NCBI GenBank assembly: GCA_964388035.1
Contig: CAYLZE010000133.1
Location: 1-12,944, forward strand
Direction of reading: 5' to 3'
Length of the DNA: 12,944 nucleotides
Origin: an uncultured archaeon
GTDB taxonomy: Archaea > Asgardarchaeota > Lokiarchaeia > Sigyniarchaeales > SOKP01
Shown: piece after piece, positions 7,033 to 12,944 of the stretch
Layout of the letters: every line of letters starts with the position of its first letter
How positions within the stretch are numbered: position 1 is the stretch's first letter
Notes under the pieces: model-generated
Database searches by the model: none
Told to the model about the DNA's origin: nothing
Seen by the model: the letters and a program-made list of their open reading frames with translations, nothing else
Translations under genes and position numbers: made by a program

Positions 7033-9129
7033 ATGTCTGAAGGTGTTAATTTAAATTTCTCCACACTTGATTATGCATTGATGGCTTGGGTCTTTCTGAT
7101 AATCACAATAGTCCTTTCTGTTATAGGCTTAATGTATGTCGCTTGGATAATGAAAAAAATCCAACAAAAGGAAAATGGTACGGAAGAAATGGAGAATATT
7201 CACAATTTGATCAAGTTAGGGTCAAATGCTTACTTAAAGAGGCAATATAAGACAATCTTCATTGTTTTAATAATTCTATTTGTCATCCTACTTTTTATTG
7301 ATTTATTCATAGCGATTTCTTTCATGATAGGTGCAGTTTCCTCTTTAGTCGCAAGTTTTATTAGCATGTATGTATCCACGATGAGTAATGTAAAAGTTAC
7401 ACAAGCTTGTAGGAGAGATGTTAAGGAGGCATTAAAAATTGGATTTAATTCAGGGATGGTAATAGGGGTTTCCGTCATTTCTATTTCCTTATTGGGAATA
7501 AGTATTTTGTACATCATATTTGATTACAGTGTTCAAGACATTATTGGTTTCGCGTTTGGCGCCTCCTTTTCTGCATTATTTGCCCAGTTAGGAGGTGGTA
7601 TCTTTACTAAGGGGGCGGATATAGGAGCAGATCTAGTAGGAAAACTAGAAGAGGGATTACCTGAGGATGATAAACGAAATCCTGCCGCCATAGCCGATAA
7701 TGTCGGAGATAATGTCGGAGATTGTGCAGGAAGGGGTGCAGATCTTTATGAATCCTCTTCAGCAAATAATATTGGAGCGATGATTATTGGTGTTACATTA
7801 TACGCATTAACATTGAACCCATTATTCATTATTTTCTCTTTAATAACAAGAGCGTTCGGTAATTTAGCGGGAATCTTTGGAGGGTATTTCTCAAAAATGC
7901 GAGAAGGGGAAGAATATCCAATCAATGCATTTGCTCGGGGGCTCACATACACTTCGATATTTAGCATGTTATTCTTCTTGCTCTTAACCTGGCTAAGCTT
8001 TGGTGTGGGATGGTGGCTCCTCTTTTTGTGTGCTCTTTTTGGAATTGGATTAGGTCTTTCTACCTACTTCCTCGTCGATTATTATACATCTTCCCGCTAT
8101 ACGCCTGTCAAAAGAGTAATACAAAATTCTGAGACTGGTGCTGCTACAAATGTGATAAGTGGGCTCTCATTAGGCTTAGAATCTCCTGCCATCCCTGCAT
8201 TAACTTTCGTTATCGGTATTATCGTTAGTTTTTTCTGGGGTGAATTATATGGACAGCTCAATAATTTTGATAGCTATATTGGCGGCGTTTTCGGCATTAC
8301 AACGGCAACAATGGGATTATTATCTATTACCACGATCATCTTAGCTTTTGATGGATTTGGTCCAGTTTCTGACAATGCAGCGGGAATTGCTGAAATGTCG
8401 CATCTCGGAGAAGAAGTAAGGAATAATTTAGACCGGTTAGATGCCGTAGGAAACACTACTAAAGCATTAGCAAAAGGTTTTGGGATTACTTGTGCTGCAT
8501 TATCAGCAATAATCTTGTTCGAAGCGTTTTTAGAAGAAATAAAAGCTACTGATGTGAATATATACCATCCCATCATCATGGTTTCCTTATTATTAGGGAC
8601 CATGATTCCGTTCCTATTCTCAGCATGGGCAATTAGAGCCACGGGTGCATCTGCCTATGGAATGATCAATGAAATCCGCAGGCAATTTAAAGAAGATCCG
8701 GGCATTCTTGCAGGTACTTCCTCTCCGGATTATGCTAAATGTATTGATATCGGGACAAAAGTAAGCTTAAAGAAGATGATTTTGCCCGCTCTACTTCCAA
8801 CAATTTCTCCTATCATAATTGGTTTTATATTTGGACCCATTGCAGTAGCCTCTTTTCTAATCTCCGGAACAATTTCTGGTATCATTTTAGGATTTGTCTT
8901 GAATACGGGAGGTGGCGCTTTAGACAACGCTAAGAAAGCCATCGAAGGGGGCCTCCTCGGAGGTAAGGGCTCCCCTGCTCATGATGCTTCGATAGTCGGT
9001 GATACCGTGGGTGATCCCTTAAAAGATACCGCAGGGCCATCCTTACACATTTTCGTGAAAGTGCTAAATACGGTTTCTATCGCATTCGCCGGATTTTTCA
9101 TACTCTATGGTGGGATTCTCATATTATAA
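7033..9129 (+). CDS. hppA: Membrane-integral H+-translocating pyrophosphatase, predicted K+-independent
   Basis: 698 aa with about 16 hydrophobic segments. Motifs GGGIFTKGADIGADLVGK, EDDKRNPAAIADNVGDNVGD, DYYT, DGFGPVSDNAAGIAEM, LDAVGNTTKA, GGALDNAKK and VGDTVGDPLKDTAGPS. The Lys in GNTTKA is the established K+-independence determinant. Confidence 0.96.
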   Translation: MSEGVNLNFSTLDYALMAWVFLIITIVLSVIGLMYVAWIMKKIQQKENGTEEMENIHNLIKLGSNAYLKRQYKTIFIVLIILFVILLFIDLFIAISFMIGAVSSLVASFISMYVSTMSNVKVTQACRRDVKEALKIGFNSGMVIGVSVISISLLGISILYIIFDYSVQDIIGFAFGASFSALFAQLGGGIFTKGADIGADLVGKLEEGLPEDDKRNPAAIADNVGDNVGDCAGRGADLYESSSANNIGAMIIGVTLYALTLNPLFIIFSLITRAFGNLAGIFGGYFSKMREGEEYPINAFARGLTYTSIFSMLFFLLLTWLSFGVGWWLLFLCALFGIGLGLSTYFLVDYYTSSRYTPVKRVIQNSETGAATNVISGLSLGLESPAIPALTFVIGIIVSFFWGELYGQLNNFDSYIGGVFGITTATMGLLSITTIILAFDGFGPVSDNAAGIAEMSHLGEEVRNNLDRLDAVGNTTKALAKGFGITCAALSAIILFEAFLEEIKATDVNIYHPIIMVSLLLGTMIPFLFSAWAIRATGASAYGMINEIRRQFKEDPGILAGTSSPDYAKCIDIGTKVSLKKMILPALLPTISPIIIGFIFGPIAVASFLISGTISGIILGFVLNTGGGALDNAKKAIEGGLLGGKGSPAHDASIVGDTVGDPLKDTAGPSLHIFVKVLNTVSIAFAGFFILYGGILIL

Positions 9130-9243
9130 AAAATGAGAATTCCCTTAAATTCTGAAAAATGAAATGAAAATCATAAATAAGGAAAATATGAATAAAATAC
9201 CAACCAGTATTCATGTGCGATGAGTATTTCTAATTACAAAGAC

Positions 9244-9254
9244 TTTTTTTTTTT
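9244..9254 (+). terminator. Oligo-T (T11) candidate terminator after hppA
   Basis: T11 run 115 nt after the hppA stop, followed by further T-rich sequence. Confidence 0.45.
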
Positions 9255-9346
9255 ATCTTTACTTTAAAGTTTTCTTCTCGACTCGAACTAAATTTTCTTA
9301 AACGAATTCTCATGAAACTTCATTCCTCATTAGAATATCATTTAGT

Positions 9347-9365
9347 AATGAGAACAATTCTCATT
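9347..9365. repeat. 8-3-8 palindrome AATGAGAA-CAA-TTCTCATT
   Basis: Perfect 8-bp arms read directly from the convergent gap between hppA and the hydrolase gene. Confidence 0.7.
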
Positions 9366-9432
9366 CATTTCAAATTGATATAAACAAAAAATACTTTCAA
9401 AAAAGAGCTATTTGAATTAAAAAATTGCCAAT

Positions 9433-10788
9433 TTATTTCTGAGATTGTTCAATCACCCAATTTCCAATAACCTCTAGTGCTTTTGGAGATATAGTTTCCT
9501 CAATTTGTGCATATTCATTAATAGCTCCTGTTTTTGCATTTTGAAATAAATGATTCAAATTTGGTAATTCAATGATTTGATAACTAATATTTCCTCCTTC
9601 TTGAAGTGCTTGCTCTATAGCTGCGAGATTTTCTTTTGGAGGCACTTGAAGATCTTTTTCTCCATTGAGCGCTAACACGGGGCATTTAACCTCCCGTAAA
9701 GCAACTTTAGGGTCATAGGAGATAAAATCACGAAACCAAGGAGATAACACCATTTTAATTTGAGTGTCTAATGAATTTTGTGATTGTATGGGTAAACCTT
9801 GTTCTTTCATGTCTTTTAATGCTTCAGATAATACTTTTCTTACTTGTTGTTCCGCATGTTTCAAGTTCTTTTCACTTTTTACGATTGAAAACATGGCTTC
9901 TTGTATCGAGCGTTGCTTGGATATCAGCTCTTCCTTCGCATTCATTGCTCTTGAAATCAATTCGGCTTGCATGTAAAGAATCTGTTCTAAGGGTAATCCC
10001 GGTCCCGCCATTAAGACTATAAATGCAACATCCGAATTATTGCGCGCTACGAGCGGGGCTATAAATCCTCCTTCACTGTGCCCTATCAATCCGATTTTTT
10101 GAGAATTGATCTCATTTTGCGTTTTTAGAAACTCGATACCTGCTTTAACATCGCTTGCAAAGTCCGCATTAGTCGATTGACTAAAAATTCCAGTTGATGC
10201 TCCGACACCGCGATCATCCACCCTCAGAACAGAAATTCCTCTCCTTGTTAAATAATCGGCTAAGACTAAAAATGGTTTATGACCGAGAATTGTTTCGTCT
10301 CTATCTTCAGCTCCCGAACCAGTGATCAAAATAACTGCGGGATAAGGAGGTTTCATGCGGGGTAATGTTAGGGTACCCCCTAATTTGATATTTGCTTGTT
10401 CATTTCGATAAACGACTTCTTTTTCAATATATGGATAAGGCTTTTGGGGATTCTGGGGACGATGTGGTTTTTCCAATGGAAGTTGTGTCTTTATTAAATT
10501 TAATTCAAAATCGTGATTTCCCTGATTCCACGTGCCCATAATCGTGGAAGTTAAAGCTTCAAATTTTCCATTATATTCTGCACCAATTTTTCCAAATTTG
10601 AAGATTAACTCTTGTCCGTTAAAACTTACATCATCCGCATCAATTGTTTGCCCTTGACTGGTTAATGAGACGGATAAACCGCCTTGTAAACCTTCTTTAA
10701 TTAAAAAGTAAAGGGATATTTCTGTTTCAGCTATCTTAATTACACCACTCCAATTTCCGTATAACAAGTCCGTTTTTTCGTTAAGCAT
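9433..10788 (-). CDS. Alpha/beta-fold serine hydrolase (esterase/peptidase-like) with an N-terminal beta-rich domain
   Basis: 451 aa. Oxyanion region LITGSG, then DDRGVG, nucleophile elbow GHSEGG, acid in NGEKDLQV and His in LNHLFQ. Confidence 0.9.
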   Translation of the reverse strand: MLNEKTDLLYGNWSGVIKIAETEISLYFLIKEGLQGGLSVSLTSQGQTIDADDVSFNGQELIFKFGKIGAEYNGKFEALTSTIMGTWNQGNHDFELNLIKTQLPLEKPHRPQNPQKPYPYIEKEVVYRNEQANIKLGGTLTLPRMKPPYPAVILITGSGAEDRDETILGHKPFLVLADYLTRRGISVLRVDDRGVGASTGIFSQSTNADFASDVKAGIEFLKTQNEINSQKIGLIGHSEGGFIAPLVARNNSDVAFIVLMAGPGLPLEQILYMQAELISRAMNAKEELISKQRSIQEAMFSIVKSEKNLKHAEQQVRKVLSEALKDMKEQGLPIQSQNSLDTQIKMVLSPWFRDFISYDPKVALREVKCPVLALNGEKDLQVPPKENLAAIEQALQEGGNISYQIIELPNLNHLFQNAKTGAINEYAQIEETISPKALEVIGNWVIEQSQK

Positions 10789-10990
10789 ATAAATTAAGAT
10801 ATTAAAATATTTATGAAGTAAATGTTTAAAAATTCTAGAAAATAGCCGTCAGAATTAGTAGGGGAAAAAATGAAGGATTAGAATAACAGGATTTCTTTTT
10901 TGAAGATATCAGGATTTTCTAAAATTTAATTCATATATAACAGAATCTAGTCGGAAGCAAGGTATAACAAAACAAAAAGAGTGAAGATGG

Positions 10991-11014
10991 AAAAAAAACC
11001 AACTTTTGATTGGT
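10991..11014 (-). terminator. Hairpin plus U-tract terminator after the DRE-TIM gene
   Basis: The minus strand reads ACCAA-TCAAAAG-TTGGT with the final T extending into a T8 run, about 50 nt downstream of the stop at 11064. Confidence 0.55.
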
Positions 11015-11063
11015 AAAGGGAAAATTAAACCGTAACAATTACATGTTTGCAATATCTAAGTTT

Positions 11064-12425
11064 TTATTTATTAGCGACCGGGATTTCTTGCTCTAATGAC
11101 TTATTATCTTTTTTTTTCTTTACTTCCCTGGTTTCTCTTTTTTCTTCCCTTTTAATTTTATGCTCGACATAAGGGCGATATATGGTAATTTTCGGGGGTG
11201 TTAATGTTAAAATCGTCTCAGCTATTTTTGGAAATTCCGCTATGAAAAGAAATTCCTCTTTAGTTAATGGTCTTTGCTTTTCTACATTGGCAAAACGCAC
11301 CAATTCTAAAATTTGCCTCGCTTCCTCTTCATTTTTAAAAGTATAACCAAAATCATTATAGACATGTTCAAAAGCTTTAATTCCACTGTACTCTCCAGTA
11401 GTAATCATCCTTCCCGTTTCTATTAACACTTTTTCTCCCCTTCCAAGTTCTTTATAATCATATAATTCATAATTACGTCTCTGCTTTAAGACGCCATCCG
11501 CATGAATTCCTGATTCATGAGCGAACGCATTTTCTCCAACTCCAACTTGATTTACAGGAATAGGTACTCCAAAGCAATGGGATGCATAATTTGCAATTTG
11601 CCAAGATTTACTCAAATCAACATTTGGGTCTAACAATCCTAATTCATTAAAATCGGCTGCGTATTTAAGTGCTAATATAACCGATACTAAATCTGCATTT
11701 CCTGCTCGTTCACCCATTCCGTTCACGGTGGTGTTGATATATGCATCTTGGCCCTCTTCAATCACGCCCTTGGCCCCTTCAATAGAAGTAGCGACAGCCA
11801 TTCCCAAATCATTGTGCGTGTGAAGTTCAATGGGCATTTCAAGACCCTTCGCTAATTCTTTGCATCGAAAATGAATACGAAATGCTCTATCATAGCCCAA
11901 GGTGTCACAATATCGAAGTCGATCTGCCCCCGCTTTTCTTGCGGCATTGCCAAATTTTAAAAGAAATTCCATGGAAGTTCTCGAAGCATCCTCAGCATTC
12001 ACCCCTATCGACCTAATACCGAGTTCACGTGCCCTTTTTACCGCCTCGACCATGGTTTTTATGACATCATCTTCATCCAGAGTTCCTTGAAATTTCCCTT
12101 CAATCATTTGTTTTGAGGTGGAAATGGACAAGTTGAGGTGCTCTATACGTGTTACCTCTACAGCTTTTTCAACATCAGCAACAATGGCTCGGATCCATCC
12201 TCCTAGTCTCATTGGCTTTAAGACGCCCATTCTTGCGAGCTCGAGGTTCGCGTTGATATAGTTGGTTTCATGTAAGGTAGTAGGAAATCCAAATTCTGAT
12301 TGAAAAACACCCATTTGATTTAATAAAATATTTAATACGGTTTTTTCTATTTTAGCCAGCCCCAAACGAGAGGTCTGTACTCCATCACGATTTGTAACGT
12401 CGAGGATATAAATTTTTTTATCCAT
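11064..12425 (-). CDS. Homocitrate synthase / LeuA-family DRE-TIM acetyl-CoA:2-oxoacid condensing enzyme; exact substrate unresolved
   Basis: 453 aa. DVTNRDGVQ (variant of DTTLRDGEQ), SEFGFP, AEDASR, YCDTLG, metal-binding HTHNDLGMA, GMGERAGNADL and FAHESGIHADG. No LeuA-type regulatory domain; charged C-terminal tail. Confidence 0.85.
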   Translation of the reverse strand: MDKKIYILDVTNRDGVQTSRLGLAKIEKTVLNILLNQMGVFQSEFGFPTTLHETNYINANLELARMGVLKPMRLGGWIRAIVADVEKAVEVTRIEHLNLSISTSKQMIEGKFQGTLDEDDVIKTMVEAVKRARELGIRSIGVNAEDASRTSMEFLLKFGNAARKAGADRLRYCDTLGYDRAFRIHFRCKELAKGLEMPIELHTHNDLGMAVATSIEGAKGVIEEGQDAYINTTVNGMGERAGNADLVSVILALKYAADFNELGLLDPNVDLSKSWQIANYASHCFGVPIPVNQVGVGENAFAHESGIHADGVLKQRRNYELYDYKELGRGEKVLIETGRMITTGEYSGIKAFEHVYNDFGYTFKNEEEARQILELVRFANVEKQRPLTKEEFLFIAEFPKIAETILTLTPPKITIYRPYVEHKIKREEKRETREVKKKKDNKSLEQEIPVANK

Positions 12426-12944
12426 AATGCTTCATATTTTTTTCTATTTAATTATTTTACGTTTCTATTAATTGATAACTTTAAGATCATCATATTTTTT
12501 TTCAATTGGGGATATCTTGAAATGTTGGATAAGAATCGAAAATTACGATTTCGTTTTTCGTTTTGATACTTATTAGATGCATTATTTGCTTTAATATTAA
12601 TTTATCCATTTATTAAGGAATGTCAAATGCTAATGGTTTAAATCTTCAAAGAAATTAATGGAATTTAGAGAGCCTTTCACATTAATTGCGATGGTACTTG
12701 TTCAAGATTCCTTTTTTGAATATAAAACATTTTTCAATTCTTATGTTATTATAATATGAAATATTTTATTAAAATGTTATTAATAGTGAATTATTTTTAG
12801 AGAATTACAAAAAGAATTAAACAATTGTATGATCTCAAGATCTTCATAAATGAATTTTTTGGCTATTGATGAACATTATTTCACTCCATAAAAAAAATGA
12901 TAGATCCATTTGCTAATATTTCGAAAAATTATTCTAAAATTTAA

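Noticed and set aside
7696-7722. Exact 12-nt tandem repeat GATAATGTCGGA x2
   Set aside because: It encodes the universally conserved DNVGDNVGD motif of membrane PPases and is not an independent repeat element.
7230-8942. Four antisense ORFs within hppA
   Set aside because: Typical codon-mirror ORFs opposite a hydrophobic membrane-protein gene.
9133-9223. Tiny ORFs after hppA (MRIPLNSEK and MKIINKENMNKIPTSIHVR) ending in TGA; considered Sec readthrough
   Set aside because: They are too short, lack an RBS, have no selenoprotein-like context, and readthrough does not give a credible protein.
9764-12090. Plus-strand ORFs at 9764, 9771 and 11902
   Set aside because: They are antisense to well-supported CDSs and show no motifs.
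12426-12944. 519-bp ORF-free AT-rich end with small dyads (AATCG/CGATT, TTTCGTT x2); considered origin, CRISPR leader or RNA gene
   Set aside because: No regular repeats, ORB-like boxes, tRNA fold or GC-rich stems are visible. It is most simply promoter-containing intergenic DNA truncated by the window edge.
1-12944. CRISPR array, transposase, integrase, defence-system genes, rRNA or tRNA
   Set aside because: I saw no regularly spaced repeats, no such protein motifs in the ORF track and no RNA-gene signatures.

Overview
AT-rich prokaryotic window with seven credible CDSs separated by 160-520 bp very AT-rich gaps. The archaeal-style signals (oligo-T terminators, an AGGTGA ribosome-binding site, TATA-like boxes) and the gene types suggest, by inference only, an Asgard (Lokiarchaeia-like) archaeon. 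In order: a type IIIA P-type H+-ATPase (+), a small 2-TM zinc-ribbon protein (+), an M28 metallopeptidase with membrane segments inserted inside its catalytic domain (+), a short-form alpha-glucan phosphorylase (-) divergent from a K+-independent membrane H+-pyrophosphatase HppA (+), an alpha/beta serine hydrolase (-) and a homocitrate-synthase-like DRE-TIM enzyme (-). I found no rRNA, tRNA, CRISPR array or transposase. The most notable points are two primary proton pumps within about 9 kb with glgP/hppA head-to-head, the membrane-interrupted M28 architecture with an unresolved start, a candidate structured RNA at 3233-3313, and a cluster of ATGAGAAT-type inverted repeats around hppA. None of these demonstrates a new system; they are testable leads.
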